The translations under genes and the position numbers were made by a program. A stretch of DNA of 63,043 nt, the filler included. It is 4 parts of 4 records of this genome, joined end to end, with 100 filler letters (N's around TTAATTAATTAA, not from the genome) between each part and the next. Parts side by side here need not be neighbours in the genome. Positions count along the whole stretch, not along the records: positions 19,875 to 51,002 come from DRR378314_91; 3 more parts are not named here. The stretch is one strand, 5' to 3'. Positions 40,383 to 49,935 of the stretch are shown one piece after another (position 1 is the stretch's first letter; the number at the start of each line of letters is the position of its first letter). The notes below the pieces were generated by a model, which saw nothing but the letters and a program-made list of their open reading frames with translations, did no database searches and had not been told where the DNA came from.

Positions 40383-40427
40383 TCGTTAAAATTACAGATT
40401 CCCGTTAAAATAATTGAGCTAAAACAC

Positions 40428-40470
40428 AGTTCTCGATACAAAATCCTTTTTGGATTTTACTCGAACTGAC
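40428..40470 (-). repeat. Long-type GTCA-footed palindrome
   Basis: gttctcgatacaaaatcc-tttt-ggattttactcgaactgac. Confidence 0.8.
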
Positions 40471-40489
40471 TTCTTGTTACCTTAACTTC

Positions 40490-42739
40490 TTAAAAATTGA
40501 GCGTTGCCCCCAAAAGAAAGTTGATTCCTGCCTGCGGATAGTATCCGGCACCTTCGACGGTTGTGATGGTTCCTGGGTTGGAAAAATCATCATCAAAAGT
40601 GAAGAAATACCCATTGGACACGATATCGGCATCAAAAATATTGTTCACCAGGCCCGATAAAACAATGTTTTTTACAAAGGAATTGGTATTGATGGTATAT
40701 TGAATATTGAAATCCGTTTGTGTGTAGCTATCCAAAACCGAAGTGTCGGAGTCAATATTTCCCATATACTGCTTGCCTACAAATTTTGAAAGCAACGACA
40801 CCTGAAAGTCCTCATTGGGCTGATAGGAAATGATATTCCCGGCAATCAATTGTGGCGAATAGGCGATATTGGTATTTCCCAAATTCTGAAGTTCTCCGTC
40901 GCGCTCAAAAAAGAAATCAATATTTCTGTTGTCGCTCAAGGCTATGTTTGGTCTCCATCGAAAGGTGTTGGATAATCTAACGTTTGCATCAATTTCGAGA
41001 CCCAAGCGGTAGCTATCCCCAACATTGGATCGTAGCGGAGCTCCCACATCGTTCAATTCCCCTGTCAACACCAACTGATCCTTGTAGCGCATATAGTACA
41101 CATTGGTGTTCAACTGGAAACTTGGGGAAACGTATCTCCATCCCAACTCAAAATCGTTGAGTTTTTCTGGTTTTGGGCTTCCGCTCTCGTAATCGTTACG
41201 GTTGGGTTCCCGATTGGCCCTTGCGTACGAGAAGTAGAAGTTGTTGTTTCGGTTCAAATCGAACGTAATACCTGCTTTTGGGTTAAAAAAGCTGAATGTA
41301 TCATCCACCAGACCCGTATCATCACCATTGGCTTCATAGGTCACACCTCGGTATTGCACATCTCCGAACAACGACCATTGGTCCGTTAATTGATAGTTGG
41401 CCTTAGTGTAGATGTTGAAATCCGTTTTGGTGGAAGTATCATCGTAATATCTGTCCCGAATTTCACTGTTACTGGCGAATTCCGCCCAAATGATTTCCCC
41501 AAAATGGTCCCCTTTGTACTCGTTGTAACCTCCACCCATAATAAGTTCGAGATTGTCGTTATTGTACGTAGCTGAAAAAATGGTTCCGTAAAAGTCGTTG
41601 TCCAACCAACGGCGGCGAATCAAATCCGTGTTTTCGACCAAATCACCGTTTACGATAATGGGCTCCAGACCATAAGTGGCGAAATCATCGTCTTCCCTAT
41701 ATTGTTCAAAGAAGCCCCGACCTCGTGTATAGTGCACGGCCAAATGGGTGTCCCAAGCGGAGTTCCAGGTTTCGTGCCAATGCAGTTGAAAATGGTCCTG
41801 CTTGTAATTATCTACCTCATTTTCGTAGAATTGGGTATTACCGTTATCATCGGTATAAATTCCGGCCGAATTAAACGTACGGTCATTTTCCAATTGTTCC
41901 GCGGTTATCCCGTTCCAAGCTTGATAAGTAATTTCATGTCCACCAAAAAGCAAAGCTTTGATCAAGGTGTTATCATCATTATAAACCCCTTGAAGAAAAT
42001 AACCGTCCAATTCCGAAGATGCACGATCTACATAACCATCTGAAGTTACTCGGGATAGTCTTCCGGAGAATTCAAAATGGTCGTTCAGCAATCCTGTACT
42101 GAACTTGACATTGTTTCGTAAGGTATTGAAACTTCCCACAGAAGACGAAATCCTTGCATAGGCCTCTTCAGAAAATGCATCGGTGAGCATGTTCAAACTA
42201 GCGCCAAAGGCTCCCGCCCCATTGGTGGAGGTGCCCACACCGCGCTGCAGTTGCAAACTTTGGGTGGAAGAGGCAAAATCGGGCATGTTCACCCAAAAGG
42301 TTCCCTGCGATTCGGCATCGTTGTAAGGTACACCGTTGATGGTCACATTTACCCGTGTGGCATCGCTACCACGAACACGTATGCTCGTGTAGCCAATCCC
42401 CGCTCCAGCATCGGACGTGGTGACCACTGCTGGCATAAAATTCATTAACACGGGAATATCCTGACCCAAGTTCCGTGGTGCCAGTTCCACCTTGTCCAAA
42501 TCGGAAAAAGTAATCGGGAAATCCTTGGTTATCCTCACGGCCTGCACCAATACTTCGTCCAACACCACTTTTTCCCCTTCGAGGCTGTCGATGGGTTCTT
42601 CTTGAGCACTCAGTGTAAACGTCAACCCAAATAGGGCTATTGTCGCACATAAGGTTTTAATGTAATTCCGATGGTTGTTTTGCGTCGGTCGCAATAAGCC
42701 AAAAAGGGCTCTTTTTTGAATAATTGAATAGAGTTTCAT
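40490..42739 (-). CDS. TonB-dependent receptor, probable thiamine importer
   Basis: LDEVLV TonB box, NLGQDIP plug, C-terminal F; TPP-class riboswitch upstream. Confidence 0.9.
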   Translation of the reverse strand: MKLYSIIQKRALFGLLRPTQNNHRNYIKTLCATIALFGLTFTLSAQEEPIDSLEGEKVVLDEVLVQAVRITKDFPITFSDLDKVELAPRNLGQDIPVLMNFMPAVVTTSDAGAGIGYTSIRVRGSDATRVNVTINGVPYNDAESQGTFWVNMPDFASSTQSLQLQRGVGTSTNGAGAFGASLNMLTDAFSEEAYARISSSVGSFNTLRNNVKFSTGLLNDHFEFSGRLSRVTSDGYVDRASSELDGYFLQGVYNDDNTLIKALLFGGHEITYQAWNGITAEQLENDRTFNSAGIYTDDNGNTQFYENEVDNYKQDHFQLHWHETWNSAWDTHLAVHYTRGRGFFEQYREDDDFATYGLEPIIVNGDLVENTDLIRRRWLDNDFYGTIFSATYNNDNLELIMGGGYNEYKGDHFGEIIWAEFASNSEIRDRYYDDTSTKTDFNIYTKANYQLTDQWSLFGDVQYRGVTYEANGDDTGLVDDTFSFFNPKAGITFDLNRNNNFYFSYARANREPNRNDYESGSPKPEKLNDFELGWRYVSPSFQLNTNVYYMRYKDQLVLTGELNDVGAPLRSNVGDSYRLGLEIDANVRLSNTFRWRPNIALSDNRNIDFFFERDGELQNLGNTNIAYSPQLIAGNIISYQPNEDFQVSLLSKFVGKQYMGNIDSDTSVLDSYTQTDFNIQYTINTNSFVKNIVLSGLVNNIFDADIVSNGYFFTFDDDFSNPGTITTVEGAGYYPQAGINFLLGATLNF

Positions 42740-42835
42740 CCGTAAAAATGTTACGAATAAAAGGGGTCATTATTCTTTGTTAGTAATTGATTGTTGTTTC
42801 TAAAAGAAACATAGAAATTCCAAGATGCGGCTTGC

Positions 42836-42912
42836 GCATTCCCTTGGCAGCATTACCCGCCCAGGTTCATTGGGTATAATCTCAGCCTTTTGGTAAAAGC
42901 ACCCCTTTGAGA
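42836..42912 (-). ncRNA. TPP-class riboswitch aptamer (variant P4/P5 junction)
   Basis: Minus strand AAAGGGGUGC...GCUGAGAUUAUACCC-AAUGAA-CCUGG-GCGG-GUAAUG-CUGC-CAAGGGAA. Confidence 0.85.
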
Positions 42913-42917
42913 TGGCG

Positions 42918-42925
42918 CAAATGTA
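42918..42925 (-). promoter_or_regulatory. Bacteroidota -7 promoter element
   Basis: TACATTTG on the minus strand just upstream of the riboswitch. Confidence 0.7.
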
Positions 42926-42992
42926 AGGTGTAGTCTTCGTTTTTAAAAACAAAATCAACTTATTCTATTACATCTAATGAAAATAATAAAAA

Positions 42993-43016
42993 GAAAGGCT
43001 GCCGAAGCAGCCTTTC
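42993..43016. terminator. Intrinsic terminator
   Basis: gaaaggctgc-cgaa-gcagcctttc with a U tract on the minus strand. Confidence 0.75.
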
Positions 43017-43091
43017 ATATTCGCCAATGTACGGTCACAAGGAAAAAAGACCATCTATATACTGGCAAAATGGATAATACATGGATAGTGT

Positions 43092-43217
43092 TTAATTAGC
43101 ATCACCCTTGCTTTTTGTATCCTTATTCTTGTTTCTACTTTTTAAATACGAAATCAATATGTAAAGGCCCAAGGCCAAGGACACCACATTGAAAAACAGC
43201 ACTATTTTATAAAACAT
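43092..43217 (-). CDS. Candidate 41-aa single-pass membrane protein
   Basis: Manually read MFYKIVLFFNVVSLALGLYILISYLKSRNKNKDTKSKGDAN. Confidence 0.45.
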   Translation of the reverse strand: MFYKIVLFFNVVSLALGLYILISYLKSRNKNKDTKSKGDAN

Positions 43218-43466
43218 ACTTGTTTACGTTGTTGCCTATCGTTTCCAAAAAATGTGAAAAGAAAGCCGCACAATGTGCACGGCCTTCTTACCAAATCAAC
43301 CAACCTAGTTGCGACAACCCGCAAGGATCATCAATATTTAATCATGTCATCGAAAAAAGTTTCGAGTGTACTATTTGGACACAGCTTTTAGTGTTAGGTC
43401 ACACCAATGCACAAAAAAACCCACTCTTTTCAAAGGAGTGGGCCTAATCCATTGTACTTTAATTTT

Positions 43467-45002
43467 TTATGCTTGATGGGTTGGCTTCAAAAGATCGTTC
43501 ACCGTTTTAACGGGATTGAAGGTCACCAATGGCACCTCCACAAAAAGGGTGTTCCAAAAGGCCATGCCACCGTTCCATAAACCAGGGAGTTCCAAAGCTT
43601 TCAGTTCTTTTCCTTCTTTGGTTTTTCCGGTAATAAAACCTTGCTTGGTGTCCACAAAATCCAGTAGGTTGAATTTTTCTCCTTTATGGTTTCGAACACC
43701 ACATACTAGATCCACTGGGTTAAAGTGTGTCGAATTCTGCACTATATCAGCTTGTGCCTTATTATTCATATCTATCTGGGCGGACTCAATAATTTGAAGG
43801 GATATGTTCCCTTCACCATCTTTTATCCAAAAAGGACCTCCGCCGGGCTCTCCTTCATTTTTTACCATTCCGCAAATTCGGATAGGGCGATTGATTCTAT
43901 CCATTAAAATGGATTTTTGTTCATCTACGCTGAAATCATCATAATTTTTTGGCATACGAACATTGAGGTCTTTTTCCAAAAATGCTTTTATCTCATCAGC
44001 CTTTTCAATGGATATATCTCCTTCCAAAAGCTTGGCATAGGCAAAAGCTTTATCCTGAACCTTTTTCAGAACACCTGCCAACATTTTTTTACTGTTGGAA
44101 ACGGTTTCCAAATTTTTATCGATGACCACATTGTCGATGTTCTTAATGAAGATAATATCGGCGTCTTGATCATTCAGGTTTTCGATGAGCGCTCCGTGCC
44201 CGCCTGGACGGAACAAAATGGAACCATCACTATTTTTGAAGGGTTTATTGTCCATATCCACGGCAATGGTATCAGTGGAAGGTTTTTGATTGGAGTAAGA
44301 GACATCAAATACGGTATCCGTTTTCTTTGAAATTTTTGGACCTACCAAGGCTTCTTCCTTGGCAAACATCTCATCGTGCTGTTGCGAAACGGTAAAATGT
44401 AGATTGGCCTTGCCCTTTGTTTTGGCATAGAGTGCAGCTTCTTTCAAATGCTCTTCAAACGGGGTTGCCGTACCAGTCTCGTATTTATGAAAAGGCAACA
44501 GTCCTTTTGGGTAAAAACCATAATCAAGACCATTCTCAGTCAACATTTCCTTTACAAAAAGATAAGCTTCTTCATCCTTATTGGATGCTTTGCCCTCTAT
44601 TCTGGACATTATCAAATCGTAAAAGGGAAAATCCGAAAGGTTTTCGGTAAATTTTTTGGCATCGGTATCGCCCGTGCGTTCTATGTATTCGGATAGATTT
44701 TCTTTTGATGGCTCGTAACTATCCAAAAAATTGAACATCGCCTTGAACATCCGTGATGCCGCTCCGGAAGCGGGAACAAACTTCAATAGTTCAAGGTTTT
44801 TTCTATTATCCTCAAAATATTGAATCAGGTCGAGTTGCTCCTTTTCGGAAAACCTGAGTATGCCATTGCCCACCACAGCTGCCTGCGATAGTTCAACAAA
44901 AGGGATCCCTTCTTTAAACGTTTGTATTTGGTTTTGTACTTTTTCTTTGGAAATTCCTTTGGAATCCAGTTGTTTCAAGTCTTTAGAACTTAATTCGATC
45001 AT
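43467..45002 (-). CDS. DUF4301 family protein
   Basis: KFVPASGAASRMFK, FRPGGHGAL, IKNIDNV, GEPGGGPFW. Confidence 0.88.
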   Translation of the reverse strand: MIELSSKDLKQLDSKGISKEKVQNQIQTFKEGIPFVELSQAAVVGNGILRFSEKEQLDLIQYFEDNRKNLELLKFVPASGAASRMFKAMFNFLDSYEPSKENLSEYIERTGDTDAKKFTENLSDFPFYDLIMSRIEGKASNKDEEAYLFVKEMLTENGLDYGFYPKGLLPFHKYETGTATPFEEHLKEAALYAKTKGKANLHFTVSQQHDEMFAKEEALVGPKISKKTDTVFDVSYSNQKPSTDTIAVDMDNKPFKNSDGSILFRPGGHGALIENLNDQDADIIFIKNIDNVVIDKNLETVSNSKKMLAGVLKKVQDKAFAYAKLLEGDISIEKADEIKAFLEKDLNVRMPKNYDDFSVDEQKSILMDRINRPIRICGMVKNEGEPGGGPFWIKDGEGNISLQIIESAQIDMNNKAQADIVQNSTHFNPVDLVCGVRNHKGEKFNLLDFVDTKQGFITGKTKEGKELKALELPGLWNGGMAFWNTLFVEVPLVTFNPVKTVNDLLKPTHQA

Positions 45003-45564
45003 GTTTTTGGAGAAGTTTATCTATGTGTTTTACTGCTGTGGATAGCCTTGACGCTTTATCCCCTCTTAAAATAACGAATTTCCTGTTATTATTCTCCAAA
45101 GCTTCTTTAAAATGTAAAAACATTCGTTCTCTTTCATCTGGCTTGTCTCGCAGATCATCAGCTTCCCAAGGTGTATCTATGTATGTCAAGAAGTAAAGGT
45201 CGTAGTTGTTTTTTAGTGCATATTCTTCTAAAAGTGGATCGCAAATACTATTGTAATAGACTTCTGAGTATACTTTGGTCTCCAATAGATCAGTATCACA
45301 AACAAGCACTCGATTTGCCTTTTTGGCCAATTGGTTCTCCAAACGCATTTGACCATAGGCTATTGGCAACAAATCATGAGGTTCACAGGTTTTTTGCTCT
45401 CTGTCCCATTTATCTTGAAGGTATTCGCGGGCATATTCGGGCACCCATTCCGTATGGTAATGCGCCGCCAATTGTTTGGACAAAGTTGTCTTGCCCGTGG
45501 ATTCAGGTCCAAAAAGGACCACTTTTATGAGGTTTGTGGGCTCTTGGCCAAGTTTTTCTTCCAT
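44983..45564 (-). CDS. NadR-like P-loop ATPase/kinase
   Basis: GPESTGKTT, EYAREY, CDTD, PWEADDLR. Confidence 0.88.
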   Translation of the reverse strand: MEEKLGQEPTNLIKVVLFGPESTGKTTLSKQLAAHYHTEWVPEYAREYLQDKWDREQKTCEPHDLLPIAYGQMRLENQLAKKANRVLVCDTDLLETKVYSEVYYNSICDPLLEEYALKNNYDLYFLTYIDTPWEADDLRDKPDERERMFLHFKEALENNNRKFVILRGDKASRLSTAVKHIDKLLQKHDRIKF

Positions 45565-46160
45565 GCTAGATATCCCTGTATAGCTAGAACAGTAAAAATG
45601 AGGTATTGTAAAGAGAACATTCCCCATCCCCGATATGCATATAAAGGTACAGTTATTAAATCACCCAAAATCCAAAGGGTCCAGTTTTCCAGTTTTTTAT
45701 TGGCCATATACCACATTGCCGTAAAGAAAATACCCGAAGTAAAAATGTCAACATAGTTGGTAGGACCTATTTCGGCTCCAAACGCTACATACACGCCGTA
45801 GGTGACCAACATGGTCAATAGGAAAAACCCAAAGCCGATTAATTTTTCCTTGGTATCGGTCCTCGTGATGTTCACAACAGGCTCTCTATTATCCTTTCTT
45901 CTGGCCCAGTTCCACCATCCATAAATACTCATAATGGAATAGTAGAAATTCATCATCATATCTCCGAACAAGTCGTCCACAAAAAAGATATACGTAGTTA
46001 TTACCGTAGCCACCAATCCCGTGGGGAACACCAAAATATCTTCCTTTTTGGCATAGACCACGCTGGCAATCCCAAAGAAAAAAGCAGTAGCCTCTAAAAT
46101 AATCAGGGATAGTTCCCGGTCTTCGTAGGGACCGAGAAAAAAATCAAAAATGGGGTTCAT
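45525..46160 (-). CDS. pnuC: PnuC-family vitamin transporter
   Basis: SIYGWWNW and KKLENWTLW motifs. Confidence 0.88.
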   Translation of the reverse strand: MNPIFDFFLGPYEDRELSLIILEATAFFFGIASVVYAKKEDILVFPTGLVATVITTYIFFVDDLFGDMMMNFYYSIMSIYGWWNWARRKDNREPVVNITRTDTKEKLIGFGFFLLTMLVTYGVYVAFGAEIGPTNYVDIFTSGIFFTAMWYMANKKLENWTLWILGDLITVPLYAYRGWGMFSLQYLIFTVLAIQGYLAWKKNLAKSPQTS

Positions 46161-46404
46161 ACTCGCTTCGGTCGGATTTTACCATTTTCATGGTCAGTAC
46201 CACATGGTCCAAGTTCTCAAAACTCTCTTTGATTTCGGAATGGAGCAGTTCCATGACCTTATCGTAATCCCCGAAAACTTGTGTGCTCAAGGGGTTTTCC
46301 AAAATGGTAAGTCCCGAATCACGCAGTTTTTTTATGAAGGCAATAATCGGTGCTTCAAAATCATCCTGAAGGGGGGATAAAGTCAGTTCAACGGATATTT
46401 TCAT
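46144..46404 (-). CDS. Thiamine-binding (YkoF-like) protein
   Basis: ISVELTLSPL...NPLSTQVFGDYD. Confidence 0.75.
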   Translation of the reverse strand: MKISVELTLSPLQDDFEAPIIAFIKKLRDSGLTILENPLSTQVFGDYDKVMELLHSEIKESFENLDHVVLTMKMVKSDRSEYEPHF

Positions 46405-46445
46405 GGTCAGCTATGGTTTCCTGGCAAAACTACGAAAAGGATTCA

Positions 46446-47087
46446 TCATCCTCCCATCATTTTTAAGGCGTACACACAGGTAAATCCTTCAAACTCCAAA
46501 AATTCCACTTCGTAATGCGATTTTTTGCCTTGGTACATGATCTCGGCCACGGTTCGGGTATCCTCAAAAGTGAAGTCCATCACATTGATGTGACGTAAAA
46601 AACTGAGCCCTTGCTGTGCACAAATCTTGTACAACGATTCCTTGGCACCCCAAACGATGGTCAATTTTCGCATCAATGCTTCGGAATTGGTCAAAGTCTT
46701 GTATTCTTGAATGGGTGTGAATTTATGTGCGATTTTCAATATTTTATCACGCTGCTTCTCAATATCGATGCCCACTTCATCACTTTCGCTAATGATGATT
46801 CCGGTAAAGTTATGGGAGTGCGTAATGGAAATATAATTTCCATCTTTAAGATGGGGCTTCCCAAAGTCATCGTAATAAAGGTCGTGATCTACATAACCAG
46901 CCTCTGCCATAAGGTGTCGAATGCTCAAAAAAGCCCTTCTATGAGCTTCTGATTTCATGCCGTCCATACGCTTTTGACAGTGCTCCGTAAGCTCCACGTC
47001 TTTTGAAAGTTCGGCCTCCGGCTCGGTAACCTTCCAAATATAAACTTTAGTGGTTGGTGAAACTGTTATTGTTTTGTAAACGGGCAT
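46446..47087 (-). CDS. 4'-phosphopantetheinyl transferase superfamily protein
   Basis: GKP, ISITHS, VGIDIE, WGAKESLYK. Confidence 0.9.
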   Translation of the reverse strand: MPVYKTITVSPTTKVYIWKVTEPEAELSKDVELTEHCQKRMDGMKSEAHRRAFLSIRHLMAEAGYVDHDLYYDDFGKPHLKDGNYISITHSHNFTGIIISESDEVGIDIEKQRDKILKIAHKFTPIQEYKTLTNSEALMRKLTIVWGAKESLYKICAQQGLSFLRHINVMDFTFEDTRTVAEIMYQGKKSHYEVEFLEFEGFTCVYALKMMGG

Positions 47088-47160
47088 GAACTAAAGTTAA
47101 GCGAATTTGTATCTTTGTGCTCTATTTAAGCGAAGCTACAAAAGTAAATATATAAAAAGT

Positions 47161-48477
47161 ATGAGCACAAAGACAATTCCGTATGTACCTTACAAAGTAA
47201 AGGATATCTCTCTTGCAGATTGGGGAAGGAAAGAAATTGAGCTTGCCGAGGCCGAAATGCCAGGACTTATGGCTCTGCGCGAAGAGTACGGCAGCGAACA
47301 ACCTTTAAAGGGTGCTAGGATTGCCGGTTGTCTCCACATGACCATTCAGACTGCTGTGTTGATCGAAACCTTGGTCGCACTCGGAGCAGATGTTACCTGG
47401 AGTTCCTGCAATATCTTTTCCACGCAAGACCATGCAGCTGCCGCTATCGCTGCTGCTGGCATCCCGGTTTATGCTTGGAAGGGGATGAACGAAGAGGAAT
47501 TTGACTGGTGCATTGAGCAAACTTTGTTTTTTGGCGAGGACAGACAACCCCTGAACATGATCTTGGATGATGGTGGCGACCTTACCAATATGGTTTTGGA
47601 CCAATATCCAGAATTGGCCGGAGGTGTAAAAGGACTATCGGAAGAAACCACAACAGGAGTGCACCGCTTATACGAAAGAATGAAAAAGGGAACACTCCCA
47701 ATGCCGGCCATCAACGTGAACGATTCCGTGACCAAGTCCAAATTTGACAACAAATATGGGTGTCGCGAAAGTGCTGTGGATGCTATCCGCAGAGCTACCG
47801 ATACCATGTTGGCGGGTAAACGTGTGGTTGTTGCAGGTTATGGCGATGTTGGCAAAGGAACTGCTGCCTCTTTCCGTGGTGCGGGTGCCATTGTTACCGT
47901 GACCGAAATTGACCCGATTTGTGCTCTGCAGGCCTGCATGGACGGTTTTGAAGTGAAAAAATTGGAAACCGTAGTGCCCAATGCCGATATTGTTATTACT
48001 ACAACAGGAAACAAGGACATTATCCGCGAAGAGCATTTTAGAGCCCTTAAAGACAAAGCCATTGTTTGCAATATTGGGCATTTTGACAACGAAATAGATA
48101 TGGCATGGTTGAACGGAAACTATGGGAACACCAAAGATGAAATCAAGCCACAGGTGGACAAATACACCATAGAGGGAAAAGACATCATCATTTTGGCCGA
48201 AGGTAGACTGGTAAACCTAGGTTGTGCCACCGGCCACCCAAGTTTTGTTATGAGCAACTCGTTCACCAACCAGACCTTGGCACAAATTGAACTTTGGAAA
48301 CATAGTGACAAATACGCCAACGAAGTGTATATGCTACCCAAACATTTGGACGAAAAAGTAGCCAAATTGCACTTGTCGCGTTTGGGAGCTGAGTTGACCG
48401 AGCTTAACAAAGAGCAAGCAGACTATATCGGTGTAAAAGTAGAAGGGCCATTCAAGCCGGAATATTACCGATACTAA
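47161..48477 (+). CDS. ahcY: Adenosylhomocysteinase
   Basis: [35 protein letters not shown]. Confidence 0.97.
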   Translation: MSTKTIPYVPYKVKDISLADWGRKEIELAEAEMPGLMALREEYGSEQPLKGARIAGCLHMTIQTAVLIETLVALGADVTWSSCNIFSTQDHAAAAIAAAGIPVYAWKGMNEEEFDWCIEQTLFFGEDRQPLNMILDDGGDLTNMVLDQYPELAGGVKGLSEETTTGVHRLYERMKKGTLPMPAINVNDSVTKSKFDNKYGCRESAVDAIRRATDTMLAGKRVVVAGYGDVGKGTAASFRGAGAIVTVTEIDPICALQACMDGFEVKKLETVVPNADIVITTTGNKDIIREEHFRALKDKAIVCNIGHFDNEIDMAWLNGNYGNTKDEIKPQVDKYTIEGKDIIILAEGRLVNLGCATGHPSFVMSNSFTNQTLAQIELWKHSDKYANEVYMLPKHLDEKVAKLHLSRLGAELTELNKEQADYIGVKVEGPFKPEYYRY

Positions 48478-48497
48478 GCACAAATGCTTTATAAAAC

Positions 48498-48528
48498 AAA
48501 AACCCATGGCGAAACCATGGGTTTTTTA
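48498..48528 (+). terminator. Intrinsic terminator
   Basis: aaaaacccatgg-cgaaa-ccatgggtttttt. Confidence 0.8.
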
Positions 48529-48641
48529 TTGGGCTAGTTTTATGAATCAACCAAATAGAAGCAAAGTAATAGCTTCGTTAAATAATAATCCTTCCAATCC
48601 CTTTATGATTATTACCTTTATTCGTTCAAATATGAAAAAAT

Positions 48642-49754
48642 ATGAACAGCAATTGGTACACCATACGGAATATTGATACAGTAGATTCACCATCCATAGT
48701 CTTATACTCGGAAAACCTCAAGTTTAACATCGACCAGATGATAGCTATGGTTGATGGAAACACGGAACGATTGATGCCTCACGTAAAGACCAATAAAATG
48801 CCCAAGGTAATGGAGCATTTGTTGGCGGCTGGGATTTCCAATTTTAAATCTTCCACTATTTCCGAAGCGGAAATTGCAGCCCAAGCTGGTGCCAGGTCCG
48901 TTTTGATCGCACACCAATTGGTGGGGCCCAAAGTGGAACGCCTTATGGATTTGGTAAAGCATTTTCCAGAAACCCAGTTTTCTACCATTTTGGACAACGA
49001 AGACAGCGCTGAGCTTTTGAACCAGAAAGCTTTGGCGGAGAGTTTGACCATCGATATATATATAGATATCAACAACGGAATGAACCGTTCCGGTATTGAA
49101 GTGGGCAAGGAACTGGATGAGCTAATGGTATTTCTCAATACGTGCAAGGCTCTTTCTTTTAAAGGATTTCATGTCTATGATGGACATTTGCGCGATCCTG
49201 ATTTTTCCGATAGGAAAACCAAAATTGAAAAGGGGCTGGAAGTTGTCAACACCTATTTTAAGGCTGTTCAGGAAAAATTTCCGGATGCTCAAATGATTTG
49301 CGGCGGAACCCCCTCGTTTACTTCCCACTTATTGGAGGAAAATAGAATTACCAGCCCCGGGACTTGTGTTCTTTGGGATTGGGGTTACGGTGAAAAATTG
49401 ACGGAGCAGGATTTTAAACCTGCCGCTCTTTTGGTGACCCGAATAATTTCCAAACCTACAAAAGGAATCCTAACCGTTGATTTGGGTCATAAATCCGTTG
49501 CCGCTGAAAACCCGATTGACAAAAGGGTCAAATTTCTTAATCTAGAGGATTACGAATTGCTTTCACAAAGTGAAGAACATGGTGTAATCAAGGTAAAAGA
49601 ATGGGACAAATACAAAGTCGGAGATGTTTTTTATGGCATTCCGTATCACATTTGTCCCACTATTAATCTACATGATCAGGTTTCTGTAATCGAAAACGGT
49701 AAAAAAATCGACACTTGGGAAATTACCGCTCGAAAACGAAAACTCACATTTTAA
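48642..49754 (+). CDS. D-threonine aldolase/D-serine deaminase-family PLP enzyme
   Basis: PHVKTNK, YDGH, GGTP, QSEEH, PYHICPT. Confidence 0.88.
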   Translation: MNSNWYTIRNIDTVDSPSIVLYSENLKFNIDQMIAMVDGNTERLMPHVKTNKMPKVMEHLLAAGISNFKSSTISEAEIAAQAGARSVLIAHQLVGPKVERLMDLVKHFPETQFSTILDNEDSAELLNQKALAESLTIDIYIDINNGMNRSGIEVGKELDELMVFLNTCKALSFKGFHVYDGHLRDPDFSDRKTKIEKGLEVVNTYFKAVQEKFPDAQMICGGTPSFTSHLLEENRITSPGTCVLWDWGYGEKLTEQDFKPAALLVTRIISKPTKGILTVDLGHKSVAAENPIDKRVKFLNLEDYELLSQSEEHGVIKVKEWDKYKVGDVFYGIPYHICPTINLHDQVSVIENGKKIDTWEITARKRKLTF

Positions 49755-49788
49755 ACCGGTAGTGCATTTTGTTCATTTAACTTGAAAA

Positions 49789-49906
49789 CCGTCAATTCGA
49801 GTGAAATTTTGTCAAATTTTATATCGAGAATACGGTTTTCGAGGAAAAAATCCAGTTCTCGATACTCGCTTTCTACACTGAGCTCCGAAAACAAACTCGA
49901 ACTGAC
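49789..49906. repeat. Inverted pair of long-type GTCA palindromes
   Basis: cgtcaattcgagtgaaatttt...tatcgagaat and gttctcgatac...ctcgaactgac. Confidence 0.8.
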
Positions 49907-49935
49907 TATTTTTTCAATCAAAATGCTTCCAGGAA

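Noticed and set aside
47088-47160. SAH riboswitch upstream of ahcY
   Set aside because: The gap is short and AT-rich with only a TATCTTTG promoter element; no aptamer features
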